From the NCBI GenBank assembly GCA_043228905.1, contig JBHGNT010000002.1:8122001-8186000 (forward strand): a DNA stretch of 64,000 nt, in the 5' to 3' direction. This DNA is from Azolla caroliniana (taxonomy: Eukaryota > Plantae > Polypodiophyta). Within the stretch, counting starts at the first letter, position 1, and each line of letters begins with the position of its first letter. The notes beneath the pieces are model-generated. The model did not search any database. It saw only the letters and a program-made list of their open reading frames with translations, and was not told where the DNA came from. A program made the position numbers and the translations under genes. Positions 45,280 through 58,029 of this stretch are shown in pieces.

Positions 45280-46560
45280 TCAAAATTTTCTAGGATGGGA
45301 AAGTTATTTTCTAATAATGGTGGAAACCATGCAACTCTTGTACTTGTTAGTAGTGTCCCTACTAACCCAACTCAAGCGGCATTTGTTGGATATTTGTTGG
45401 GATGCATTTAGATGACAAGGTACACATGGTCTACAAATCCTCAAAATTGACAAATCTCTGGTTCCTTGTGAGGGCTTTAGACATTTGAATCTTTTTTATG
45501 TAAAAATAATAGATTTTCTGCAAGTTAGAAAACGCAATACAATTGTTATACCTTTTCCACACTTGGTTAATGTAAGTTTCCCAACAATCTCTAGTTTTCT
45601 TGCTCCAATAATACGAATTTGATTGATCTAGATAATTAACTTAAGAGCGAACACATGTACTCTTGCTTGTAAAAGACTCCATTATGATGATAAAGCTTGA
45701 AAAAATCACTCGAAAGAAAACAAAATAGGTAATTTCTAGAAGATGGTTCTACCACTTACAAAACTTGCAAGGAAGAACCAACTTAAGATGCAATTGAGGA
45801 GTTTGAATGTTTGAAGCATGCATTTACAATTGCTCTGATTCTAGTTCACATTACTCATCGAAACCCTTTATCCTTGAAGTTGATGCCTGAGATTTGGCAC
45901 TAGGAAGTGTCTTGTCACAAATCAAAGACAACAAGAAGCTATATCTAATTGGTTTCCATTCATGAAAATTTGAAGCTGTCAAAATCAATTACGAGATTCA
46001 CATTATTGACCTTTTGTTCATCGTCGATTCTTTCAAACATTAGTGCTAGCTCCTTTAAGGCTCTCCCCATTAGATTAGTGTCTACAATGATCATAAGAAT
46101 CCATAATGCTCAATTCTTACGTCATGAGGTACAATCAAATTCACATTTCTCTTTCTCCATATTCTTAGAAAATCAAAATGTCATCAAGGTAGATAATGAG
46201 AAATTAATCTAGATGCTCCTAAAACTATTAGAGCATTGGTCAAGCCAAATGACATTACCTTGTATTCAAAATGGTCATATTGTTTTCCATTCGTCATTGG
46301 TTTTAATACACATCAGATTATAAGCTCTCCAAAGATCGATCTTGGTGAAGACATGCCCAATTTGAACACGGTCAAGGAGCTCAAGGATCAGTGGTAACAT
46401 ATAGCATTTACACAACATGACTTTGTTAAGACCCCCAATAATCGACATATAGACATAAGGAGTCGTCCTTCTTCTTGATGAAGAAGATTGGAGCCATAAA
46501 CGGTCTCTTTTCATGGTTGAATGAAACCCTCCTTGAGGTCCTCATCAAGGTATGTCTGAA
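45280..46560. pseudogene. Highly decayed, rearranged J-like gypsy fragments (gag minus ~45280-45480, RNase H plus ~45730-46100, RT minus ~46230-46560)
   Basis: Remnants MHPNKYPTNA..VGLVGTLL, DLALGSVLSQ, FTKIDLWRAYNL..EWKT. Confidence 0.7.
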
Positions 46561-47879
46561 TCATGGCATGTAAGATGATTCGCTTGAATGAATTAGTTGA
46601 TGCTGAAAATATTGGTAAAGGTAAAACGAAAAGAGTGATAGGGAGTGAAGGAGTGAAAGTTTGAACCAAAGCATTTCCTCTAAAATAATGTATTAAAAAA
46701 GCCATCTATCCATATATAGAAGAAGAGGCTCATCAGGGGATAGAGCACTCAACAACCAAGTCAAATTCCGTGTAAGGGAGGTCCTTGGGATAGCAAAGGA
46801 GTTCCATAAGGACATCTTCTAAAATCACTTACCTCTTAAGGTCAACCAAGAAAGGATTTATATTGATGGTTTCTTCAACTTACAAAAGTTTTTAAGAGGG
46901 GATAAGGATTCCAAATATTCTTTGAGCTAAGAAGGATTATCAAAGGTTGAATTGTACAATTTTTTTCTTGAGCCTATGATAAGAGATCTTCAATCCCTGC
47001 AAGTGTTTTCGCATACAAAATCATTATCATTTTCTTTTAAGGTCTCTTGTCTACAACATCGACATCTTGTATTCCTAATTTACCATTTTGAGTTTGGCAT
47101 ATTGTCTTGGTTCCTTGTCTTATTAATGACCTATCACATATTCTTTACCATCACTATAACATTGCATCTAATTCAATAACCATGATCACATTTACTAAAA
47201 TTACTATTATTTCTCCTTGAGTCTCCCAATTGAAAGCCTTAATAGAACTACCTCAACATATATGTATCCTACATTATTTTTGTGTCAATGGAATGTTCCT
47301 ACTCTCTAGAAACGCGTAGTCGGATACTTAATCACTAACTACCCTTCACCAAAGGTTGTGGTTGAAGGTATGGAATTAACAATCATAAATTGATAGACAA
47401 TTAAGTACCCAACTTATACTCGATCGACTACTATGAATAGTTATACAAAACAATGCCCGAATCGGCTACAACCGATCGGCTCTGTACCACACTTAGATTA
47501 TAAACTCAGACACACAAATGTAACATACACAGTATACTCAAATCAATCTCTATTAAACGGAATACCCACTTATAGACCAACTATCCACTGATACTTTGTA
47601 CAATACGCATGCCCCTTTATATAGGAAGAATGGAAGAGTTACATCAAGAAATACATTGCCATTTGGCAAACCGTTACTAACTAACTTTATATTTTGCCTA
47701 CTTTATATTTTTCGGCATATACTATTTCGGCTATTCATATTTTCCGCTTCGGTTTCAGCTTTGTTTGGCTACACACCTATCCAACTATACTCGTTTCGGC
47801 CTTTCTGTCACAATACTCATTTTACACATCATTCGGCCTTTTGGCCCTTTCACACTCTAAGCCGACCTCCTTGGGTAAC

Positions 47880-48900
47880 ATGGAATACATTATATGGCCT
47901 CAAAGAGACCCCAAGGGTGTGGCACTTGAAAAGGACACAATCCTTATGTTCATCAGGTTGCATGTCTAAGCATTAAGAAAGTGATAGATCTACTAGTTGA
48001 AATGGAAGCCACTATATAGCCTCAAAGGGACCCTAAGAGTGTGGCAATTGAAGATCACACAATCTTAGTGTTGAATCAAATTCCATTTATAGTTTCATTA
48101 AGAAAGTGAATGACCTACTAGTCACTAAAATTGAGATCTTATCAACAAAACTCATAGAATCTTGCTTTCCCAATTCCATTCATTTTGAGCCTATCCTACT
48201 AGAATCAAAATCTAGAAATGTAGGCGGAATCTCAATCCATAATCTATGACTGGAAACGATATCGAGGATCATCAATAACTTGATCTCCTTGACTATAACT
48301 CACTCCAACCTCAATTATGCGATCAAACTTTTGAGTTTTCAATGCAAACACTGCATGACATACACATCGACTAAGTGGAGTAATGTGGTTTGTCAAACGA
48401 ATCAAAAATTTGGTTTACCTAATAGAATACATGAAATTTGATTGTGAAGGAAATTTAGCAATTGGACATTCTACAATAGTCTTTGTATTCTTCTTGGGTA
48501 GTGGTGTCATCTTTTTTAGTAGAGAGTGGAAATCTATTATGGCCTTGTCAAGAATTTAGAAAAATATAGGTGTGTGTTTCCCACTAATAAAGTTGTTTGG
48601 CTGAAGTGTATCTTGATGAGCTTCACCCTCTATGTCAACCAAGTAGTTCGGAATCAGGATCCTCTATGAAAGCCTAAGCAATATACACCTAACACATGAA
48701 GCAATCTTAAATGTTTGAACAAAGGCATTGAAGTGCATTGCCACTACGTTTTCTCACATATCATAATGTGGGACATGGATCTCCAACTTATATCCACATT
48801 GATCACCAAAAAATCGATATATACACCAAGTTTATTGGTGGAAACAAGACAATTTTTTACAATGCTCAAGCTATGTTCACTTTATCCATCAAGTTTGAGG
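47880..48900 (+). pseudogene. Decayed Copia RT/RNase H remnant
   Basis: LYGLKETPRVW-like motif present twice (~47890 and ~48012); KGIEVHCHY resembles KHIEVHYHF. Confidence 0.6.
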
Positions 48901-49949
48901 GTGAGCATAAGAGTAGAAACAAGAAACCGAAGCTCACCATTCACATAAAGGGGCAAGCTCAACCATGCACCTTATTTGTGAATACTCATTAGAGAACATG
49001 TGTGAAAGTTCACCCTCGTAATAAATGTATGGAAATGTTAAATTATTGCATTTAGTGGATAATATATGATGTCTCACCTCTTCTACAATTGTACACATTG
49101 TTTAGGATTCTATCAAAGTACCCATAGAATGTAGTATATAAGCAACTCTCCCCCACGCATTAAAGAGTTTATATATATTTATTTATCTATAGTTGTATAA
49201 ATGTTGTATCATCATAACCCATGTTTCGTAATGTAAACTTGCTTTGTATACTTGATCTCTCTATGTCCTCCTCTCATACGCACACTTAGACTTATAATTA
49301 TCTACACTACATAATACTTTATCCTGGGTAGAACTTCTTTACAATGTGTCGAAAAAGCCCCTCTGTCAATTTCCTATTGAAGTGTAGTGTGGTTACCCCA
49401 TATATGAGGTTCTCACCTTGTATTCAAGTGTGGTAAAACAGTCGTCCAAGTTGAAGGTCCTAAATGGTCTTCTTAATGTTTTATGATGTGAACATCTAGG
49501 TAAAAGGGCAAGACTTTTACTATGTAGTGTGGGGAGTTGGTGAGGGACATGTTACAAGCATTCACATCATAATGCCATAGCTATGAATCCTCAATCAAGG
49601 GTCAGAGTTCTATGATACACTACCAAGCAAGGATGATTCTTTCCTCATGAAGAGGTGGTATAAATTCTAGTATTGGCGTCATCATAAGTGCACCTTATTT
49701 GGCATGTGTGTGTGAGTGAGTGAGAAATAGAAGTAGTTTGTCAACAAGAAGACCAAACTTGACTTAGCATCCAATGGTTGGTGGGGGAGAGCTCCTTCAT
49801 TTATGTATTTGAATATATAATCTTTGACATGTGGGATGAGAGAGAGATTATTATGATGGAGCTTCAATGGCAAGGATCTTGGATAGCATTAACCATGGGT
49901 ATGAGTTTACTAACTCAAGGAAGCAAAACTATTTAAATAGATGTTAATT

Positions 49950-50860
49950 AACAAACTTGCTCTTGGTTGTTCTGTTGGTCTTCTTTGTTTTCATGTAAGT
50001 AAATACAAAGAGGCTCTAAACTACCTAAACATCAATTTCATCCAATATGACATAAACATTCGTGTAGTTTTGGTATTGTTGGCTAAGTTGACACTCATGG
50101 GGAAACTTACAACAAATCCTTGTAAGTGTACATTATGTTGGTATTAAGAGTTGGCAAGGTCATCTCAACGCATTGATAATTTGCAACTATATCAAATATA
50201 TTGCCTCATAACACATTCATGCATGTTTAGGTGGTAGGTTCAAGTGTTATCATTATAAGTGAATAGGCTTCTCTATGATCGTAATCCATTTTACAATCAT
50301 TGCCTCTCACACTAGTCCATGAAAGTCTCTAGTTGTGTTGTCAAATACATGTAGAATGGACATACAAAAGTAGGTATATGGAAGATATCTTCAATAAATA
50401 TCAAGGGTGAGATCGACAACTATGCCATGTAAAATGGAACACTAGTGCAAATTATTTTGATATCATGAGGAATTGGTAAATCATGTTATGTAGTGCAAAT
50501 GTATTGCATTGGGTATATATTATAGGGAACCATGGTGCCAAAAAACTAACCTTTTAATTAAAATGTAGGGCTTTTGGAAGTTGTATGATAATTTGGGATG
50601 AAATTTTACCAATTCTTTCCCTAGTCTAAATATGAGTTTGCATAAACATGGTGGAAGGTTGCACACTTTATAACATTCAACATTGAATCTATTTTGTGGT
50701 GTAAATTTTAGATCCCAAAATGTCAACTATTAACATGTAGCAATTGAGTCACTTGTTCTCCTCATGCATAGTGATTAAGAGGTGGAAGAGAAGACAATGA
50801 AAATATTGATCATAATGACAATGTGGTAAAAACAATGGCAATAAAGTTATATCAACTACA
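49950..50860 (+). pseudogene. Possible decayed hAT-type transposase
   Basis: Only faint motif remnants (DN..NY, FYNH, WW followed by a K/R-rich segment); no ORF. Confidence 0.25.
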
Positions 50861-53800
50861 ATTATGACCTTTTTCCTAGAGAGAACAAGAAATGAAAAGA
50901 AGAGTTCAAACCATGGGAATATGGAGATTAGAAAATAAGTTTTATTCATATTAAGAAGAATCCCAAAAAATATAGCATTATCCATCATAGATGGAGGAAT
51001 AAATGTTAAAAGAAGCTCTAAGAATACCATGAAGCATAGGAAGAGTTTAACCATATAGACAAAGAGTACGAAGAAAACAACAAAACTTGTAAACATTGCA
51101 ATATGTTATGGAAGAAGGTGCAAAATAAACAAAGCAAGGGGATTTAAAGAGAAGTTCTTGATTAGCTACCAAAATGGGTGTTTTGGACGATAGGTGATTG
51201 GTATTGTCCATATGGTGAGTGATGCAATTCAAGCGTTATGACATACGGTAATAGAAGATGGTGCTAAGAGAAGAGCATGGGTTACCAATGTAAGGTGGTG
51301 GACTAAATTATCATGATAAGATCGAGATTTATTGCATGTGTTAGTGAGGTAAGATGACATTTTGACGATGTTGAGGTTCAGTGCAAATCTGTAGAATACA
51401 GTTACCAACATACGTGTGCTATTGAGGCAAGGTGACAGACTAAATAATTGTGTCAAGATCTAGTGCACGTGTTGCAAACGTAAGTTGACTAACCGAATGA
51501 CTATGTTGAGAGTTGATGCATGTGTTTCTAATGATAAAGAAAGATGATGGACGATAAAGAGAATATATGTACTTACAAAATGGATATGATAGGTATATGC
51601 ATATAACAACATTCACACCAAGAGAAACCTCTATTTGCATGGTATGCAAGAATCAAGGTGAAATGCATTTTGCAAGGCGTTAGAGAAAATGAATAAATAA
51701 ATAAATAACGAAAAGAGAGAGGGGGGGGGGGGGGGGGGGACGTGACTTGTTTAAATTTGAAATTTAATTTCCTTTTTTTGGTTTTTGAATTTTGTTTTTT
51801 TTAAAAACAAATTAATGAAATGGAGAAAAAGCACGTGACTCTATTCAAGAGTGATCGTTTTTTTAAAAATAAACAAATAATTGAAAAAAGAAAGCAAGGG
51901 TCAAAATAAATGATAAGCAAAAATATGGAAGTTATTCAAGCTTTTCAAAATCTTTAATAATAAATACGATAAAAACATAAAGAATAATAAGAACAAAAAT
52001 CACGGCTGACTTTAATGTGCTCCTTTTCTTCTTCTTCTTCTTCTTCTTCTTCTTCTTCTCTCTTTTTGTGTTTGTTTGTGTGCCGTTCCAAACGTGAATA
52101 TCTAATTGAATGCTCCCGAGTTCAAATCCTTTTGAAACCCTCCACCTCCCAAACTCAAATCCAATAGAATTTCAAACCCCCTCCCGGCCTTTTTCTTTCA
52201 CCTCTTTTGTATGTACATATATTGCACCCTCCTTTGACCCCGACTCCGTTTGTATCGACCCGCGTAATATCATTCCTACGAGTGAACCGCCGATAAATCT
52301 ATTGAGACAATCAAACAAGTTGAAATCACTTTTTGGTGAAAACTTGAAGGTCTTTGCATTTCAAAGTGACGACTCAAAAGGGCTAATGATGTGGGGAGAT
52401 ACGAAATAATCGTTGTGACTAAAATCTCAAATTAATAATGCGTGTGCTTGTTCCAATAAATGGTTTCGTGTTTGACTAGTAGGGAGAAAAAAATGTTTAC
52501 GAGGAGGTCCCAATTTATTCTTAAAATATGACTCAAAAATGTATTGTGGTGAATCATGATAACTTCCTAAATCGCACAAACTTTGCGTTGGCAATGCTTC
52601 ATTCAAAATCGGCATTAAGGAACAAATGGCTTTCACTAATTGAATGTCTTGCATTTGATGCACAATAAGAGGGCCGAATAATGTGATGAGGTTCAGTATG
52701 GTACCCAAACATCATGGTGGCTTGTGTTTGGTTAACAGATTGATCTTGTATCATCTACAGTTTTATTGGTCTCATAAAAGTCATATATTACATTCAATGA
52801 ATCGGTGTTCTTATAGTGCATAAATCCAATCTATTTTATGGCTTTCCCATTTGGGTTACCCTTCCACGTCCATATCACAACTAGGTTCAACTTTTTGTTA
52901 AGGTCTATACCTATACATCACACTAGTTATATTTTTAGAGGTGTTTTTTAGTTAGACATTGTGAACCACGTGGTGATGGTTTGTACTTCTAAAGGGCTAT
53001 TTTGAACTCCAATGGCCATTGTCACCATAAGAAGAAAGACCTCATGGATGGAGGAAACACCGCAATGATAGACAATGTAAAGTAATTTCTTGTTTGTGCT
53101 TGTGAAATTCTAACGTTATAGGATATCATTTTCCAAGAGTGAAAAGGTGAATGTTGAATTAATTTATTGCCAACGTTGTGTGAAACCAACCTAAGAAATA
53201 ATAAACATTGGGGACAATATATCCATTTTTGAGAATAAATAAATAAACATAGAGATCAAATGTTCAATGGAGAAGGATTCTTTCATTACGACATGCAACT
53301 CGAGATAATAACATAACAAGGCCATTTACTTGTGCTTCTTAATTAATATCTCTCAGTTTTTTAACACATGAACTCATTCGTAAGACATTGTGTTTCTTGT
53401 TTATGATATTATGAATCATGACATTAAGATAATGTCGAAAGAGTTTTTGCCTTTATGTACGTGTTACTAACTTCTAGTTATTAAACCATGTTGTGACCAT
53501 CACAATAGCATATCGAAATTTCTACATATATATGTAGTGTGAGCACACATGTTATTACTAAATCCAATTTCTGGTTGTCGAACCACATCATGCGTATTCA
53601 CAATTTCTACATAAAAAGTTACAATAAGTACAAGAAATCCAGGAAAAAGTTGGATTCTCAAGACAATGAGGGAACAACCTCCTTTACAAAAAAAGCATGC
53701 TAACAACAAATAGTAACAACTCACGAGTATCAGAATGATTGATTTCAATACATTATTTTATTTTGGTGGATTTTTATATGTTATTTGAAGTGCAAGAAAT

Positions 53801-55712
53801 ACATTGTGATTTCCAAAATCACAAATAGTATCCATTCACTTTCCAAACTTTTTAAGGTTTATCTATCAAACTCATCTTTATCATCCATGGTTTTTTTCAT
53901 AGACATAGTTGTATGAATATAAAATGCTCAAGTCAACCACCTAATCTTCGTCCAATGCTAGACTAGGCACAAATTACATTGGTTATCTATACTATCAACA
54001 TTGTTGGCTTGTCAATTATTTGTGTCTCCCTCTTTTGTGGGATGCAAAGTTTCTCAGGGGGCCTTTTATAGTTGTAAGCTTTGATCCTATAATTAAGAAT
54101 CCATAAGCAAGTTTTATCTAAAGCTTTGATCTCGTTCATTCTAAATCATTCTCCTTTTCCCAAATGTTACAACTACAAGCATCCATAAGTACATAGTGCA
54201 TAAGTTAGAGTATGGTTTCATGATTTGTTGGAAACACATTGCCAAGCATTTCACTAGCTTTATTATGTGTTCTCAAGACATAAATTTCGGGACATGCAAA
54301 ATGTATTGGATTTGTCAACAAGCGCATGTCATACTTCCACCCAACATAAACATGAATATGCAGAATAATCGTGGCAACCATAGTCAAGACTCAAAACATA
54401 TAGCTATTAAATATTCATTTAGTATATTCTTTCTCATTAGCTCCTTTGGAATGGTTGGAGCTATTACTTATAAGGGGTATTTATAACCACCAGTTGTGTT
54501 TGCAAAACCTCTCAACCATGACAAATGAACATAAAGTGCTAGAAAAACATTGCCCACGAGGGGGTAGCACCAAATATAAAAAAATATTGTATCCTTCCGC
54601 ACCCAATTATGTATCAATAGACAGTATTATGATATTGTTTGTGCATACAAAACATACATTCCCCACAAGATTAGAAACTCGTTCCTCAATACATGTTACC
54701 AATGATTTTACTTCTTTTGCCCTTAAACTTATAATTTTATTTACCACATTAATGCTCTTCATGATTTCTTCAATGAGTTGCCATTATGGAAATTTGTGTA
54801 TAATTCTAAATATGTGTGATGACTATTTGTTTTATCTTCGATCATCAAAATTTGGTTCTTTCTTACATTTTGTTTCTTGGCTCACATGCATGATTGCATA
54901 AATGAAGTGCATATATGTATGTCTAGATCATATTAGATGAGGCACCTTTAGAAACACAATATCCATTAAAGAATATTACCCTCTACATGACTTGCTCTTC
55001 CTCTAAGACATTTATGTTTTATTCTCCAATCAATGGTGCATGCTAATTTTTAGGTAAAAGTTACTTTTCATGTTGATTGACACTAATAATTTGCACTTAA
55101 CTTTTTTCTACCAAAAATAAATCACACCCTTTCATGACATGCATCTTTGGTAGGTTTTATGGATGTGGCTCTTACGAGAGTGTAAGGGGTTTTCAATAGA
55201 ATCTATAACATGAATGTGTACGATAACATTTTACCTAATGAAAAAACAAAAATGTGCCATGTGCCTTGTGACTTCAAAATGTACATGCAAATAGTTCTTA
55301 GAAGTTGAAACTTGTATCCACACTTTAGCACCAATAAATAAAGAAGAAAAACAAAATAAGAGGAATGTATCCATTTTATATGACCATAAGTGGATCTGAA
55401 GCTTTTGCGAAGCATTGTTTTGTTATATTGCCATAATGCAAGACAACTTGAGTTCAAGAATTGTTTATTGAAGCTACCCATGATGTTGAGGTTTTGCAAA
55501 TCATACTTGCTATGTAGCCTTTGACGTCATTTTATAGCCTGTGTTTTTCAATGTTAGAATTTTCACAAACATTTCTTTATTATGACCCATGAGCTCATCT
55601 TACAATACTCAAAGATGTCCTCAAATATGTTTGCTAAAAATGTATTTAAATTTGTTAAATCTATGATTGATGAAATATAAACATATACACACAGTTCGGG
55701 TGCTACATAAAC

Positions 55713-55716
<4 letters not shown>

Positions 55717-55760
<44 letters not shown>
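55717..55760. repeat. (CT)n microsatellite
   Basis: Direct reading. Confidence 0.95.
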
Positions 55761-55761
<1 letters not shown>

Positions 55762-56003
55762 ATGATGGTATGATGTTAAACAAAGGAGTTAGGAGAACAA
55801 CCTATACATTCTTTCTACTGCCATGCCCTAGCAAATCTCATTCATGATGACTCCATGGCTTGTTTTATCTTCAAACGTTAACAATTTCTCACTTTCCAAT
55901 GTCATAAGTTGTTGGCTTTGATGGTATGTGACTTTGTGGGTTGGGAAACTAACTGAATCTAGTGGTTAGTCTTTATGTGATTCTATGGGGGGAATGAGTT
56001 CAA

Positions 56004-56330
56004 ACTATAATGTTATCTAATCACATCTATCACTTGGCAAAAGAAAAGAACAATTATGTGAGTTGTTCCTAATGAGTGTTTCATCAAAAGTAAACTCATG
56101 TTGTCTTTCTGCACTATAATGTTATCTAATCACATCTATCACTTGGCAAAAGAAAAGAACAATTATGTGAGTTGTTCCTAATGAGTGTTTCATCAAAAGT
56201 AAACTCGTGTTGTCTTTCTGCACTATAATGTTATCTAATCACATCTATCACTTGGCAAAGAAAAGAACAATTATGTGAGTTGTTCCTAATGAGTGTTTCA
56301 TCAAAAGTAAACTCTTGTTGTCTTTCCGCA
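56004..56330. repeat. Tandem triplication of a 109-bp unit
   Basis: actataatgttatctaatcacatc... starts at 56004, 56113 and 56222; copies nearly identical. Confidence 0.95.
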
Positions 56331-57554
56331 CAATTAGGTTGGAGCCACATATTTTTGTAAAACACAGTCATAACTATTTTCGTTAGTAACATCCATAAAA
56401 TCGGAGAGGCCTAAGTTGACAAAGTTGATGTACTCTACGGTCTCTACCATTGGCTTTGTTTTCCATTACAAATATGGATATTATAAACACAAAATCTCAC
56501 TTGTTTATCGACCTAACTATGTGGAAAATTCATTTCCCCACTTGGTGGTACTTCCTCTACCACCCAAATGCTACATTGAAGAATTGTCCTTCTAGTTTTC
56601 CTTCTCGGGAAGGAATTTGTGTTTCGTGAATCGATAACCCATTTCCCCAATTTCAAAATGTTATTTTTTAGACAAGAATTATTCCCATAGTCTATATAAG
56701 AAAATGTCCAAATTTCCATTGTACTGCACCATTTGAACCCAACCTAAGGCATTTCATGTGAAGGCTAGACAAATTTTATGACTTGCTTCAAATAATTTTT
56801 TCGGACGTGACAAAGGAAAACAAAACTAGAGACATATTTCCGCTTGAGTAGCTCAGAAAGTTACCCCAAAGTAGATATACTTTTTACTATGGTGATGAGC
56901 CACTATAAAAGCTTCATCAAACTTCTTATTTCGACAATCCAAAGGGTAGCATAGGTCACTGTATTCTTAGATTGTGCATTGGTTTCTAACTTCAGCTACG
57001 GGTGTCCTCTTGACAAGCCAATCCTTACCCCACTTTTGAATGCAACCAACCTCCCCCCCTCCCAACTTTCAAACGACCTTTACGACACGACTACTTCTCT
57101 CATAGTCACAAATTTAATTCTTTGACATCATAGTGTTACAATCTATTGTAGTGATAGTTACATGGGAATGCCATACCCGCGGCCCGTGGACTCACGCTAG
57201 AAGAGGACGGAGAGGGCAGTTGTGTCTTGTCAACGTCATTGCATTACATCGAGAATTTCGAAACATATTTTCAAAAAGGCTTAAAAGGGTGGTTAGAGGA
57301 GGCAATTAATTGAAAAGGTAAAAGTGATATCATCTATTGCATTAGATTGATCATTGGAGTGTTATGAGATCTCTTCTTTTATAAAGAGATCGTGGTGGCA
57401 TGGTTCCTTTCCCAAGGCTTATGACCGAGGTAGGTTGTAAGTTATGTGGGTGGATATAGTAGAGAGAGAGAGAGAGAGAGAGAGTATGTGAAGAGAGAGA
57501 AGTCGAATAGACACTATGTTATGTTGATTCATCATATATATATATGTGTACATA

Positions 57555-57590
<36 letters not shown>

Positions 57591-58029
57591 AGCAAGAGAG
57601 AGAGAAGGTCAATAGGTTCTCATGTTATGTTGATGGAAGATAGATGGATAGAGAGATAGTGAGTGAGTGAGTGAGAGAGAGAGAGAGGAAGAAGAAGAAG
57701 AAGAAGAAGAAGACAAGGAAGTGGTTTGTAAGCCAATGTGGCTCATGAGACCAAAACAAAACTATATACATCCTATCACTTGGTTTTTGCTCGTTCGAGA
57801 TTGCGAGATATAGGTATTGTTTGTTTTCTCTTGTTTGAGATCGAGATTGTTCAATCAATCAATCAATCAATCGAGAGAGGGAGAGATATTTTTTCCTAGA
57901 TGAAGCGAAGATTTATAGTTAAAAAACACAAGTAAGAAGGAGGAGAAGGTTAACAAAGATTCATTGGCTAAAATATTTGTTTGTCATTTGATTTGTGTGT
58001 GTGTATAGGTAGAGGTGTGGGTTTGGGAA

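Noticed and set aside
47320-47880. Possible solo LTR
   Set aside because: LTR-like composition, but I could not define termini or a TSD
51721-51739. Poly-G run as a G-quadruplex element
   Set aside because: Simple homopolymer beside a GA tract with no functional context
52800-55600. Possible minus-strand CACTA transposase remnant (IHFACP resembles IHACP)
   Set aside because: One short motif only; no termini or supporting ORF
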